A stretch of DNA of 64,000 nucleotides from Asticcacaulis sp. Lineage in GTDB: Bacteria; Pseudomonadota; Alphaproteobacteria; Caulobacterales; Caulobacteraceae. The stretch covers positions 544,328 through 608,327 of the forward strand of contig NZ_JASGFK010000002.1 of NCBI RefSeq assembly GCF_047605585.1. Reading direction: 5' to 3'. Made by a program: the position numbers and the translations under genes. Within the stretch, counting starts at the first letter, position 1. Each line of letters opens with the position of its first letter. Positions 9,153 through 18,639 of the stretch are shown in pieces. The notes under the pieces were generated by a model. The model was not told the origin of the DNA. It was given only the letters and a program-made list of their open reading frames with translations, and searched no databases.

Positions 9153-9590
9153 ATGAAGCGACTGGATGTGGTACGCCTGATCCTGGGCGGCCTGGTTTCG
9201 GCGATCATCATCTATCTGATCGAGACGGTTACCAATGCGGTCGTCCTTGGCCGGGACTGGCAAGACTGGAGCGCGATCGCCAGGACCGCCTTTGTCATGC
9301 CCTCTGGCACCGTTTCCATGATTCATTGGGGATTGCAGACGCTGATCGCCGGGATCGCGGGCACCTTTATCTATGCCGGTATCCGAACCTGGGTAGGCGC
9401 CAATCTGCGTGCGGCCTGGATATCCGGGGTAATCGTCTGGGCCATCGGCTGGTTGGGCATGAGCATGGACAAGATGGCTATGGGTATCGAGCCGCACAAG
9501 ATGATCCACTATAACCTGCTGGCCGCGCTGATCGCCTGTTTGCTGGGGCAGGTTGTCGCCAGCTTCATCTACAAGGACCGGGCAGAATGA
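9153..9590 (+). CDS. Hypothetical small polytopic membrane protein
   Basis: Several hydrophobic helices. GGGAGG RBS upstream of the ATG at 9153. Followed immediately by a strong intrinsic terminator. No recognisable family. Confidence 0.55.
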   Translation: MKRLDVVRLILGGLVSAIIIYLIETVTNAVVLGRDWQDWSAIARTAFVMPSGTVSMIHWGLQTLIAGIAGTFIYAGIRTWVGANLRAAWISGVIVWAIGWLGMSMDKMAMGIEPHKMIHYNLLAALIACLLGQVVASFIYKDRAE

Positions 9591-9623
9591 AAAACCCCCG
9601 GCAGTATAAACTGCCGGGGGTTT
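9591..9623. terminator. Bidirectional intrinsic terminator between the hypothetical membrane gene (+) and cspA (-)
   Basis: AAAACCCCCGGCAGT-ataa-ACTGCCGGGGGTTT, with A-run and T-run on both sides. Confidence 0.85.
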
Positions 9624-9649
9624 AATATCTCAAGCCTGGGCCTGAAAGA

Positions 9650-9853
9650 TTATGCGGTTTGCAGATTGGCTGCCGAGGTCTTGCCCTTTTCAGTGACCAG
9701 CTCGTAGCTGATCTTCTGATTTTCGTTCAGGGTGCGCAGACCGGCGCGCTCAACAGCGGAGATGTGGACGAACACGTCCGCGCCGCCGTTGTCGGGCTGG
9801 ATGAAACCAAAACCTTTAGTGGGGTTGAACCACTTAACCGTACCTGTAGCCAT
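9650..9853 (-). CDS. cspA: Cold-shock protein (CspA family)
   Basis: [21 protein letters not shown]…VFVHISAV: canonical cold-shock domain RNP1/RNP2 motifs. Confidence 0.95.
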   Translation of the reverse strand: MATGTVKWFNPTKGFGFIQPDNGGADVFVHISAVERAGLRTLNENQKISYELVTEKGKTSAANLQTA

Positions 9854-10060
9854 GATGGCCTCCGTATATTGTATCGCACCTTCGTGCAGTTGGTACCCAT
9901 GGGATTATGCGTACCTGAATCCGAAAAGAGTGCGTCTTGGAAGCCTGATAGGCGGTCGTTCAAGTCAGACCTAAATCTCGAATGCGAGGACCATACGCGT
10001 TTCTCGCCAAATAGCAACCAAATAGCGGCGAGAGTGATGCTGCCCTTGAAGCATGTGGTG
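9854..10060 (-). promoter_or_regulatory. Long cspA 5' untranslated leader
   Basis: About 200 nt lie between the rplI terminator and the cspA start. cspA-family genes typically carry long thermosensing 5' UTRs. Confidence 0.35.
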
Positions 10061-10065
10061 GAAAA

Positions 10066-10098
10066 TATAAAACCCCTGAAAGCAAAAACTTTCAGGGG
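10066..10098 (-). terminator. Rho-independent terminator downstream of rplI
   Basis: CCCCTGAAAG-caaaaa-CTTTCAGGGG stem, followed on the minus strand by TTTTAT. Confidence 0.8.
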
Positions 10099-10133
10099 TT
10101 TCTCAGGATGCTTTCGCAGTTTAAGGCGAAGTT

Positions 10134-10721
10134 TTAGGCTTCGTAAGGTGCGTCCGCCAGGGCGGCACCGGCACCGCCTTCGAGCAGATCGGCCGCGGCG
10201 GCTTCATCCGCCAGGCGATCTTCCTCGAATTGCGAGGCGATGACGTTCTCGCCAGCGGCCTGACGTTCGGCTTCATCAGCCGAGCGGGCCACGTTGACCG
10301 TGATGGTCAGCGAGACTTCCGCATGCAGGCGCACGGTGATGACGTGCAGGCCGAGGGTCTTGATCGGCGTATTCAGGACAACCTGATTACGCTCGATCTT
10401 GGCGCCGGCTTCGGCAACGGCGTCCACCACGTCGCGGGCGTTGACCGAGCCATAGAGCTGGCCGCTATCACCCGCCTGGCGGATGATGACATAGCTCGTG
10501 CCGTCCAGTTCGGAAGCCGACTTTTCAGCGGCGGCCTTGTTGGAAGCGTTGCGGGCGACGATCTGTTCCTTCTGGGCCTCGAAGACCTTCAGATTGGCAG
10601 CCGTGGCGCGCAGAGCCTTGTGGCGCGGCAGGAGGTAGTTACGGGCGAAACCGTCCTTGACACCGACGACGTCGCCGATGGTGCCGAGGTTGTCGACGCG
10701 TTCAAGCAAAACAACTTTCAT
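10134..10721 (-). CDS. rplI: 50S ribosomal protein L9
   Basis: MKVVLLERVDNLGTIGDVVGVKDGFARNYLLP signature. Position in the rpsF-rpsR-rplI operon. Confidence 0.93.
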   Translation of the reverse strand: MKVVLLERVDNLGTIGDVVGVKDGFARNYLLPRHKALRATAANLKVFEAQKEQIVARNASNKAAAEKSASELDGTSYVIIRQAGDSGQLYGSVNARDVVDAVAEAGAKIERNQVVLNTPIKTLGLHVITVRLHAEVSLTITVNVARSADEAERQAAGENVIASQFEEDRLADEAAAADLLEGGAGAALADAPYEA

Positions 10722-10734
10722 GTGCCTGTACTCC

Positions 10735-11016
10735 TTACTTCACAACATAAGGCAGCAGGGCGAGGAAGCGGGCGCGCTTGATGGCCTTGGCCAGTTCGCG
10801 TTGCTTCTTCTGGCTGACAGCCGTGATGCGCGAGGGGACGATCTTGCCGCGTTCCGAGATGTAACGCTGCAGGAGCTTGACGTCCTTGTAGTCGATCTTC
10901 GGGGCATTGGCGCCAGAGAACGGGCACACCTTGCGGCGGCGGAAGAAAGGACGACGGGCGGGACCGTTGCCGACGGGGGCGCCGGGAGCGGTGGAGGCGA
11001 TGGTGTCTTCAGACAT
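10735..11016 (-). CDS. rpsR: 30S ribosomal protein S18
   Basis: …RRKVCPFSG…[25 protein letters not shown]… S18 signature. Confidence 0.93.
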   Translation of the reverse strand: MSEDTIASTAPGAPVGNGPARRPFFRRRKVCPFSGANAPKIDYKDVKLLQRYISERGKIVPSRITAVSQKKQRELAKAIKRARFLALLPYVVK

Positions 11017-11027
11017 CTGAGGCTCCC

Positions 11028-11402
11028 TTATTCAGCGAAGTCAGCCGTGCGCTCGGCACGGTCAGGGCGTTCCGAACGCTCGCGGCGCGACAGCACCGGC
11101 GACAGTTCGAGATCGAGTTCTTCAACGCGGACGGTCATGTAACGGATGACGTCTTCGTTGATCGAGAGCTGGCGCTCCACTTCCTTCACGGCCGGAGCCG
11201 GGGCGTCGATGGCCAGCAGGGAGTAATGGCCCTTGCGGTTCTTCTTGACGCGATAGGTCAGGTTGCGCAGACCCCAGTATTCGATCTTGGCGATGTGACC
11301 GCCGCCTTCTTCGATGAGGTGCTTGATGGTGTCGTTCAGAGCTTCCGCCTGTTGTGGCGAAATATCTTGTCGTGCGATAACGACGTGTTCGTAGTAGGGC
11401 AT
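11028..11402 (-). CDS. rpsF: 30S ribosomal protein S6
   Basis: [18 protein letters not shown]… S6 signature, with the acidic/Arg-rich C-terminal tail common in alphaproteobacteria. Confidence 0.92.
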   Translation of the reverse strand: MPYYEHVVIARQDISPQQAEALNDTIKHLIEEGGGHIAKIEYWGLRNLTYRVKKNRKGHYSLLAIDAPAPAVKEVERQLSINEDVIRYMTVRVEELDLELSPVLSRRERSERPDRAERTADFAE

Positions 11403-11558
11403 AGGTATCCTCTTCCGTTGCTCCGGGTGGCAATTTCACCGGCGGAAGTCCGGCAAAACCGATGGATCGGAACAGGCACAATGCCAGCCGACCACCCGGA
11501 AGGGAGCGCTCTCTTAGATGAAGAGCGCCCAAAAGGCAAGCAGTATAAGGAAAGGGCC

Positions 11559-12089
11559 TTAATTTGCTGCGCCGACAGCCTTCAGCAGCGAACTGACATG
11601 CGTCGAGGCATCGCCATCGGCATGTACAAAGGCAATCTTGCCATCGGTCCCGACCACATAGGAAATACGGTTGGACATGTTCATGTCGCCCATCTTGGCG
11701 TCATAGGCGGTGGTCACGGCCGCCTTGGTATCGGCGCCGACCGGGAATTTGCCCTGACAGGTTTCCTTGGAGAATTTCTGGAGGGTGCCGATCTCATCGG
11801 TGGAAATGCCGACGACCGAGACGTGCTTGGCCTGGAATTCGGGAATGGCTTCCGAGAACTGGTGCGCTTCCAGTGAGCAGCCGCCGGTGAAAGCCTTGGG
11901 ATAGAAGTAGACCACGACCGGGCCATCCTTCAGCGCGTCCTTTAGGGAAAAGGTGCCCACCACACCATTCGTGGCGGCGGGAATGGTGAAGGCCGGGGCC
12001 TTGTCGCCAACCTTTAGCGCGGCGAAGGCAGGGGAGGCGAGCAGGACAGAAGCGGTGAAGGCCGCCATACCGAGCACTATTTTCTTCAT
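11559..12089 (-). CDS. Secreted peroxiredoxin (AhpC/TSA-redoxin family)
   Basis: Signal peptide, then FYPKAFTGGCSLEAHQF peroxidatic-Cys motif. Confidence 0.82.
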   Translation of the reverse strand: MKKIVLGMAAFTASVLLASPAFAALKVGDKAPAFTIPAATNGVVGTFSLKDALKDGPVVVYFYPKAFTGGCSLEAHQFSEAIPEFQAKHVSVVGISTDEIGTLQKFSKETCQGKFPVGADTKAAVTTAYDAKMGDMNMSNRISYVVGTDGKIAFVHADGDASTHVSSLLKAVGAAN

Positions 12090-12253
12090 GAGCGTATCTC
12101 CTGTTTATTGTGACGCTATGCCTTATACGCCGAACTGGCAAGGCCGGTTACGGGGGGCATGACAATAACGTAAAATTGCGTCGCCACGCTTGCCCTCACG
12201 CGCGGATTGCCCTAACGCAATTCGCCATTTCAATCTTGCGAGGCCAGACCATC

Positions 12254-13201
12254 ATGACTTTAGCTTTTGTATTTCCGGGACAGGGATCGCAAAGCGTCGG
12301 CATGGGCGCGGAACTGTTCGACACCTATGCCGTGGCGCGCGACGTCTTCAATGAGGTCGACGAAGCGCTCGGTCAGAAACTGTTCGCGCTGATGAAAGAA
12401 GGCCCGGAAGACCAGCTGACCCTGACCGAAAACGCCCAGCCGGCCATCATGGCTGTCTCCGTCGCCGTGGCACGCGTGCTGGAAAAGGAATTCGGCATCG
12501 CGTGCTCGGCCGCCAAATATGTCGCCGGCCATTCGCTCGGTGAATATTCCGCACATGCCGCCGCCGGCACTTTTTCGCTGGCCGATACGGCGCGCCTGCT
12601 CAAGCTGCGCGGCCAGGCCATGCAGCGCGCTACGCCGGTCGGTGTCGGCGCCATGGCGGCTCTGATTGGCAAGGCGGATCTTGAACTGGCGGAAAAGGCC
12701 TGTGAGGCCGGATCGGCGGCCGGTGTTGTCGTGATCGCCAATGATAATAATGCCGGGCAGATCGTCATTTCCGGCGTGAAGCCGGCCGTGGAACTGGCGG
12801 TCGAAAAGGCCAAGGAACTGGGCGCCAAGGGGATGCTGCTGAATGTCTCGGCGCCTTTCCACTCGCCGCTGATGGAACCGGCGGCCGAAGAAATGAAGGC
12901 GGCCCTGGCGGCCGTCACGATCAATGAGCCGGCGTCGATCCTGGTGGCCAATGTCACCGCCCAGCCGATCCGTGGCAAGGACGAGATCGCCGGCCTGCTG
13001 GTTCAGCAGGTGACCGGGCGCGTGCGCTGGCGCGAGTCGGTGCAATGGCTGGCGACCGATGGCGGTGTCACCACCTTCGCCGAACTGGGCGCGGGCAAGG
13101 TGCTGACCGGCATGGCCAAGCGCATCGCGCCGGAAGCCAACTCGCTGGCGCTTAACGGCACAGCCGATTTTGAAGCCTTCGCCGCCGCCCTCAAGGGCTG
13201 A
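12254..13201 (+). CDS. fabD: Malonyl-CoA:ACP transacylase
   Basis: MTLAFVFPGQGSQSVGMG and GHSLGEYSA active-site motif. The real start is the internal ATG at 12254. Confidence 0.93.
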   Translation: MTLAFVFPGQGSQSVGMGAELFDTYAVARDVFNEVDEALGQKLFALMKEGPEDQLTLTENAQPAIMAVSVAVARVLEKEFGIACSAAKYVAGHSLGEYSAHAAAGTFSLADTARLLKLRGQAMQRATPVGVGAMAALIGKADLELAEKACEAGSAAGVVVIANDNNAGQIVISGVKPAVELAVEKAKELGAKGMLLNVSAPFHSPLMEPAAEEMKAALAAVTINEPASILVANVTAQPIRGKDEIAGLLVQQVTGRVRWRESVQWLATDGGVTTFAELGAGKVLTGMAKRIAPEANSLALNGTADFEAFAAALKG

Positions 13202-13270
13202 TTTGACTTGAAGGCGCGTGGGCTTTGACCTAAACGCGCCGCCTAAGGACACCTATCAAAGGAAACGACT

Positions 13271-14008
13271 ATGTTCGATCTGACCGGAAAAACCGCTCTC
13301 GTGACCGGCGCAACCGGCGGCCTTGGCGCCGAAATCGCCCGTTCGCTGCATGCCCAGGGCGCCAAGGTGGTGCTGTCCGGTACACGTGAGAACGTCCTGG
13401 CCGACCTGGCCGCGCAGTTGCCGGGGGCTGTCATCGCTGCCGCCAATCTCGCGGATGCCGCTTCGGTCGATGGCTTGGTCGCGCGGGCGGAAGAAGCCGC
13501 GGGCGCCGGGCTTGATATCCTGGTCGCCAATGCCGGCATCACCCGCGACGGGCTGATCCTGCGCATGAAGGACGAGGACTGGGAGACGGTCATCAAGGTC
13601 AATCTCGAAGCCTATTTCCGTCTGGCGCGCGCCGCCACCAAGGGCATGATGAAGCGCCGTTTCGGCCGCATCATCGGCATTACCTCGATCGTCGGCGTCA
13701 CCGGCAATCCAGGCCAGACCAATTATGCCGCCTCCAAGGCCGGCATGATCGGCTTCTCCAAGGCCCTGGCGCAGGAAGTCGGCTCGCGTGGCATCACGGT
13801 CAACTGCATCGCGCCGGGCTTCATCGCCTCGCCGATGACGGACGAACTGAATGACGCCCAACGCGCCGCGATCCTGGCAAAGATCCCCGCCGGTGACCTC
13901 GGCAAGGGCAGTGATATCGCCGCCGCTGCCGTGTACCTGGCCAGCAACGAAGCCGGTTATGTCACCGGCCAGACCCTGCATGTGAACGGCGGTATGGCGA
14001 TGATCTGA
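13271..14008 (+). CDS. fabG: 3-oxoacyl-ACP reductase
   Basis: SDR fold TGATGGLG, NAG, YAASKAG catalytic motif. Sits between fabD and acpP. Confidence 0.93.
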   Translation: MFDLTGKTALVTGATGGLGAEIARSLHAQGAKVVLSGTRENVLADLAAQLPGAVIAAANLADAASVDGLVARAEEAAGAGLDILVANAGITRDGLILRMKDEDWETVIKVNLEAYFRLARAATKGMMKRRFGRIIGITSIVGVTGNPGQTNYAASKAGMIGFSKALAQEVGSRGITVNCIAPGFIASPMTDELNDAQRAAILAKIPAGDLGKGSDIAAAAVYLASNEAGYVTGQTLHVNGGMAMI

Positions 14009-14195
14009 TCCGTATCGATTTTTAAGTCGATATGGCCCGATTTTACGGCGGGTTTCCCTGCGTTGTGGCGGGCTGGCGCTTTAAATCGCTTGAAACGCCG
14101 GTTTTATATGCCTACAAGACAAAACTGGATTCTATCCTCCCCTTGGGACCCTGCGGTCTCGGGTCCTGAGTTTCTACTTTCTGAAGGGACAATAA

Positions 14196-14435
14196 ATGTC
14201 TGAAGTTCTTGAACGTGTTCGTAAGATCGTGATCGACCACCTGGATGCTGATCCGGACAAGGTCACGGAAAAGGCGAGCTTTATCGACGATCTGGAAGCG
14301 GACAGCCTCGACATCGTTGAGCTGGTCATGGCTTTCGAAGAAGAATTCGATATCGAAATCCCCGACGATTCGGCTGAGCACATCCTGACCGTGGGCGACG
14401 CTGTTGCCTATATCGATGGCAAGCTGAAGTCCTAA
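14196..14435 (+). CDS. acpP: Acyl carrier protein
   Basis: [21 protein letters not shown] phosphopantetheine-attachment motif. 79 aa. Confidence 0.96.
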   Translation: MSEVLERVRKIVIDHLDADPDKVTEKASFIDDLEADSLDIVELVMAFEEEFDIEIPDDSAEHILTVGDAVAYIDGKLKS

Positions 14436-14550
14436 GTCTAAAGACTTGCTTGAGCGCGGCTTCAGACTCCTGTTAAGGGGTTTGGCCGCGCTTAGTTGTA
14501 TCTGGGTCTGGCCACAAGTTCTAAAAGGCCAAATTGAAGGTTGATTGCCT

Positions 14551-15837
14551 ATGGTTCGTCGCGTCGTCATTACCGGTCTCGGTCTGGTTTCTCCCCTAGG
14601 TAACGGAGTCGAGATTTCCTGGAAACGTCTGCTGGAAGGCAAGTCCGGCGCGGGGCAGATCACGGCATTCGATACGACCGATTACGCCTGCACCGTGGCC
14701 TGCGAAGTGCCCAGCGTCGATGGACGCGGCGGCGGCGGTCCGGATATCGAAGGCTCCTTCGATCCGTCGGCGGTACTGTCCAACAAAGAACGCCGCAAGG
14801 TCGACGACTTTATTCTCTATGCTATTGCCGCGGCGGACGAAGCCCTGAACGACGCCAACTGGCATCCGGAAACGCCGGAAGACCAGGAGCGCACCGGCAC
14901 CCTGATCGGTTCCGGCATCGGCGGCCTCGGCATCATCGCCGATACCGCGCTGGAACTGCGCGATAAGGGGCCGAAGCGCATTTCGCCCTTCTTCATTCCG
15001 TCCTCGCTGATCAATCTGGCGTCCGGCCAGGTGTCTATCCGTCACGGTCTCAAGGGGCCGAACCACTCCGTCGTCACGGCCTGCGCTACCGGCGCCCACG
15101 CCATCGGCGATGCGGCCCGCCTGATCAAGTATGGCGATGCCGATGTCATGGTCGCGGGTGGCGCGGAATCAGCCATTGTGCCGATCGGCATTGCCGGCTT
15201 CATCGCCTGCCGCGCCCTGTGCACCGCCTTCAACGACACGCCGGAAAAGGCCTCGCGTCCTTATGACAAGGACCGCGACGGCTTTGTCATGGGCGAGGGC
15301 GCCGGCATCGTCGTTCTGGAAGAATACGAGCACGCCAAGGCGCGCGGCGCCAAGATTTATGCCGAGGTTCTGGGCTATGGCCTCTCCGGCGACGCCTACC
15401 ACATCACCGCGCCGTCGGAAGATGGCGATGGTGGTTACCGCGCCATGGTGGCGGCCGCGAAGAACGGCAATGTCGATCCGACCTCGATCGATTATGTCAA
15501 TTCGCACGGCACCTCGACCATGGCTGATGGCATCGAACTGAAAGCCATCGAGAAGTTTCTCGGTGACCGTGCCGCTACCGGCACCGTGTCCTCCACCAAG
15601 TCGGCCATCGGTCACCTGCTGGGTGGCGCGGGTGCGGTCGAGGCCATCTTCTGTACCCTGGCCATTCGCGACCAGATAGCGCCGCCGACCATTAATCTGG
15701 ATAATCCCGATGTCGATACTGTCGTCGATCTGGTGCCGCACAAGGCCAAGCCGATGAAGATCAAGACGGTGATGTCCAACAGCTTCGGTTTCGGCGGCAC
15801 CAATGCCGCGCTTATCCTGGGTGCCGTTGAGGAATGA
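14551..15837 (+). CDS. fabF: Beta-ketoacyl-ACP synthase II
   Basis: VVITGLGLVSP…, active-site Cys (TACATG), and His/His motifs. The track start at 14545 is TTG; the ATG at 14551 is preferred. Confidence 0.93.
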   Translation: MVRRVVITGLGLVSPLGNGVEISWKRLLEGKSGAGQITAFDTTDYACTVACEVPSVDGRGGGGPDIEGSFDPSAVLSNKERRKVDDFILYAIAAADEALNDANWHPETPEDQERTGTLIGSGIGGLGIIADTALELRDKGPKRISPFFIPSSLINLASGQVSIRHGLKGPNHSVVTACATGAHAIGDAARLIKYGDADVMVAGGAESAIVPIGIAGFIACRALCTAFNDTPEKASRPYDKDRDGFVMGEGAGIVVLEEYEHAKARGAKIYAEVLGYGLSGDAYHITAPSEDGDGGYRAMVAAAKNGNVDPTSIDYVNSHGTSTMADGIELKAIEKFLGDRAATGTVSSTKSAIGHLLGGAGAVEAIFCTLAIRDQIAPPTINLDNPDVDTVVDLVPHKAKPMKIKTVMSNSFGFGGTNAALILGAVEE

Positions 15838-16940
15838 TGCGCATCACCGGCAAAGCGTCGTCGGAAAATGAGGGGCGGTCGATACTGGCACCTCTGGCGG
15901 GGCTTTTGGCCGGTATATTGCTGCTGGTTTTCTCCTGCGGACTGTTCTTCTACGCACAGCTTTACGGGCCAGGCCTCAAGACGGCCACGCGCGTGACACT
16001 GGATCATGGCATGAGCGTCATGGCCATGGGGCAGACGCTGGAAAAGGCTCATGTCGTCCATTCCGCCAGCCTGTTTCGACTGGCGGTCAAGTTCAGCAGT
16101 CATCACAGCCTGAAGGCCGGTACATACGAGTTTCCGGCGGGCAGCTCCTTAATGAGCGCGCTGAAACAGATTGAAGACGGCAAGGTCGTGCAGACCTTCA
16201 TAACGATCCCTGAAGGCCGCACCTCGGCTCAAGCGGTACGTATTCTGATGGGAATCAAGGATCTGACGGGCGATGTGGAAGTGCCGCCGGAAGGCGCGAT
16301 CCTGCCGGAAACCTATCTCTATCAGCCAGGTGAAACGCGCCAAGCCGTACTGGACCGGATGCTGGAAGCCGGGCGAGAGACGTTGGATGCGCTCTGGGCA
16401 AAGCGCGCGCCGGGGCTGCCTTTCGCCAACAAGGAAGACGCCTTGATTATGGCGTCTATTGTTGAGCGCGAGACAGGTTTGCCTGCGGAACGGCCGCGTG
16501 TGGCAGCGGTTTTCATCAATCGTCTGCGCAGTGGCATCCGCCTGGGTTCCGATCCAACGGTCATCTACGGCATCAGCCATGGCGAGCCGCTGGGCCGTGG
16601 CCTGACGCGCGAAGAACTGGACACGCTGACGCCGTGGAACACCTATCTGATCGACAAGCTGCCGGTGACGCCGATCGCCAATCCGGGCAAGGCATCCATC
16701 GCGGCTGTGTTGAATCCGGCCAAGACGCAGGATCTCTATTTCGTGGCCAATGGCACCGGCGGCCACGTCTTTGCGGCTACCTATGAGGAACACCTGCTCA
16801 ATGTCGCCAAGTGGCGGGCCATGGAAGCACAGGTCAATGTCTATACATCTTCGGCCGTGGCGCCTGAACCGCCGGCAGCGCCTTCGGTGGCCAAGGTCGA
16901 GCCGGTGATCAAGCCTGTCCGTCTGAGCGCCAAACGCTGA
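15834..16940 (+). CDS. mltG: Endolytic murein transglycosylase MltG (YceG family)
   Basis: N-terminal TM segment, then the YceG domain (…LYFVANGTGGHVFAATYEEH…). ATGA overlap with the fabF stop. Confidence 0.88.
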   Translation: MMRITGKASSENEGRSILAPLAGLLAGILLLVFSCGLFFYAQLYGPGLKTATRVTLDHGMSVMAMGQTLEKAHVVHSASLFRLAVKFSSHHSLKAGTYEFPAGSSLMSALKQIEDGKVVQTFITIPEGRTSAQAVRILMGIKDLTGDVEVPPEGAILPETYLYQPGETRQAVLDRMLEAGRETLDALWAKRAPGLPFANKEDALIMASIVERETGLPAERPRVAAVFINRLRSGIRLGSDPTVIYGISHGEPLGRGLTREELDTLTPWNTYLIDKLPVTPIANPGKASIAAVLNPAKTQDLYFVANGTGGHVFAATYEEHLLNVAKWRAMEAQVNVYTSSAVAPEPPAAPSVAKVEPVIKPVRLSAKR

Positions 16941-16964
16941 TCAGCGGCTTTCGGAGACCATATC

Positions 16965-17846
16965 ATGACCCTGGCCAGCATGACCGGCTTTGCCCGTATC
17001 GAAGGGCGCTCCGACAGCCTGACCTGGACGCTGGAAATGCGCAGCGTCAACGGGCGTGGGCTCGATATCAAATACCGTTTTCCCGCCGGTTTCGAGGCCG
17101 TGGAACGGATAGGCCGTGACCTGGCCAAGAGCCGGTTCCAGCGCGGCCAGGTGAACCTGACTGTCTCGGTGGGTAGTGCGGCAGCGAAGGCCGGGGTAAC
17201 GCTGAACAAGGACGTACTTGAATTCTATCTGGATGCCAGTCGGGCGCTGATAGATGCCGGGGAGGCGGTGACGCCTTCGGTGGACGGACTGCTCAGCCTG
17301 CGCGGGGTGATTGAGGCGACGGGTGACGAACGTGCAGAACTGGATACTGCCGCCGAAGCTGCCCTGACCGCTGACCTGACGCTTTTGTTCGATCGTCTGA
17401 AGGAGGCCCGTGAAGGCGAGGGGCGTGCGCTGGAAACCATTCTCAAGGGGCACCTGATCACCATGGCGGCCTGTGTCGAGCGCGCTAAATCACTTGCGGA
17501 TCAGCAGGTCGAGGCCATCCGCGAGCGCTTTACCCGCCGGATCAACGAGTTGTTGCCCGATGCGCAGGATTTCGATGAGCGCGTTCTGCAGGAAGCCGCG
17601 CTTCTCGCCACCAAGGCCGATGTGCGTGAAGAACTGGACCGCCTGACCTCGCATCTCGATCAGGCGCATCAGTTGATCGATGGCGAGGCGGCGCCGGGCC
17701 GCAAGCTCGATTTTCTGGCGCAGGAATTCATGCGCGAAGCCAATACTCTGTGCTCAAAATCGGCCTTTATCGAATTGACCCAGACCGGCCTGGAGCTTAA
17801 AGCCGTGATCGATCAGTTCCGTGAACAAACGCAAAATGTGGAGTAG
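16965..17846 (+). CDS. yicC: YicC/YloC-family stress-induced protein
   Basis: MTGFARIEG…WTLEMRSVNGRGLDI… N-terminal YicC motif and C-terminal DUF1732-like region. Conserved upstream of gmk. Confidence 0.85.
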   Translation: MTLASMTGFARIEGRSDSLTWTLEMRSVNGRGLDIKYRFPAGFEAVERIGRDLAKSRFQRGQVNLTVSVGSAAAKAGVTLNKDVLEFYLDASRALIDAGEAVTPSVDGLLSLRGVIEATGDERAELDTAAEAALTADLTLLFDRLKEAREGEGRALETILKGHLITMAACVERAKSLADQQVEAIRERFTRRINELLPDAQDFDERVLQEAALLATKADVREELDRLTSHLDQAHQLIDGEAAPGRKLDFLAQEFMREANTLCSKSAFIELTQTGLELKAVIDQFREQTQNVE

Positions 17847-17849
17847 GCG

Positions 17850-18506
17850 ATGCCGAAGACCCAAACCCCCGGCACGCAGCGCATCAAGCGCGGTCTCATG
17901 CTTATCGTGTCTTCACCCTCCGGTGCCGGCAAGACCTCGCTATGCCGCCGGCTGATGTCGGACCATGGCGACCTCGACCTCTCGATCTCGGTGACGACAC
18001 GCAAACCGCGTCCGGGGGAACAGGATGGTCGTGAGTATCACTTCATCGACAATACGCACATGGATGAGCTGATCGCCGAGGATGCTCTCCTGGAGCATGC
18101 GGCAGTGCATGATCACCACTACGGTTCGTTGCGCGAGCCGGTGGAACGTGCGCTCAGCCAGGGTAAGAACGTGCTGTTCGATATCGACTGGCAGGGGGCG
18201 CAGCGTATCTCGGCCAAGGCGCCGTCGGATGTGGTGCGCATCTTTATTCTGCCGCCCTCAATGGAAGAGCTGAAGCGCCGGCTGATTGCCCGTGCGCAGG
18301 ACGAGATATCGGTGATCGAGCGCCGCCTGGCGCGGGCCAAGGGCGAGATCTCGCACTGGGCGGAATATGATTATGTCATTTTGAATGACGACTTCGACCG
18401 CTCCTATGCGGAGCTGGTGCATATCTATCATGCCGAGGTCGCGCGCCGTTCGCGCGGGCTGTGGATTGCGCCGTTCGTCGATGATCTGATGTCGGAAAAT
18501 GTCTAA
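17850..18506 (+). CDS. gmk: Guanylate kinase
   Basis: P-loop SSPSGAGKTSL and the GMP-binding motifs. Confidence 0.93.
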   Translation: MPKTQTPGTQRIKRGLMLIVSSPSGAGKTSLCRRLMSDHGDLDLSISVTTRKPRPGEQDGREYHFIDNTHMDELIAEDALLEHAAVHDHHYGSLREPVERALSQGKNVLFDIDWQGAQRISAKAPSDVVRIFILPPSMEELKRRLIARAQDEISVIERRLARAKGEISHWAEYDYVILNDDFDRSYAELVHIYHAEVARRSRGLWIAPFVDDLMSENV

Positions 18507-18639
18507 TGGGGCTTGGGGCCAAAGAACGTTTCTGGGGACCTCACAAACCTTGCCTTATTCAAAAGAAAACCCGGCCCTCAAGGCCGGGTTTTCTTTTGAA
18601 AGAGTGAAGACGTGGGGCCACAGGCCCCAAACCCCATTA
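18504..18639. repeat. MITE-like palindromic repeat element, copy A, between the gmk and rsmA stops
   Basis: Termini TAATGGGGCTTGGGGCC / GGCCCCAAACCCCATTA are inverted repeats. Central hairpin AAAACCCGGCCctcaaGGCCGGGTTTT. Both flanking genes take their TAA stop from the element termini. Confidence 0.8.

Noticed and set aside
9732-9974. 80-aa + strand ORF
   Set aside because: Antisense to cspA and its 5' UTR. No support.
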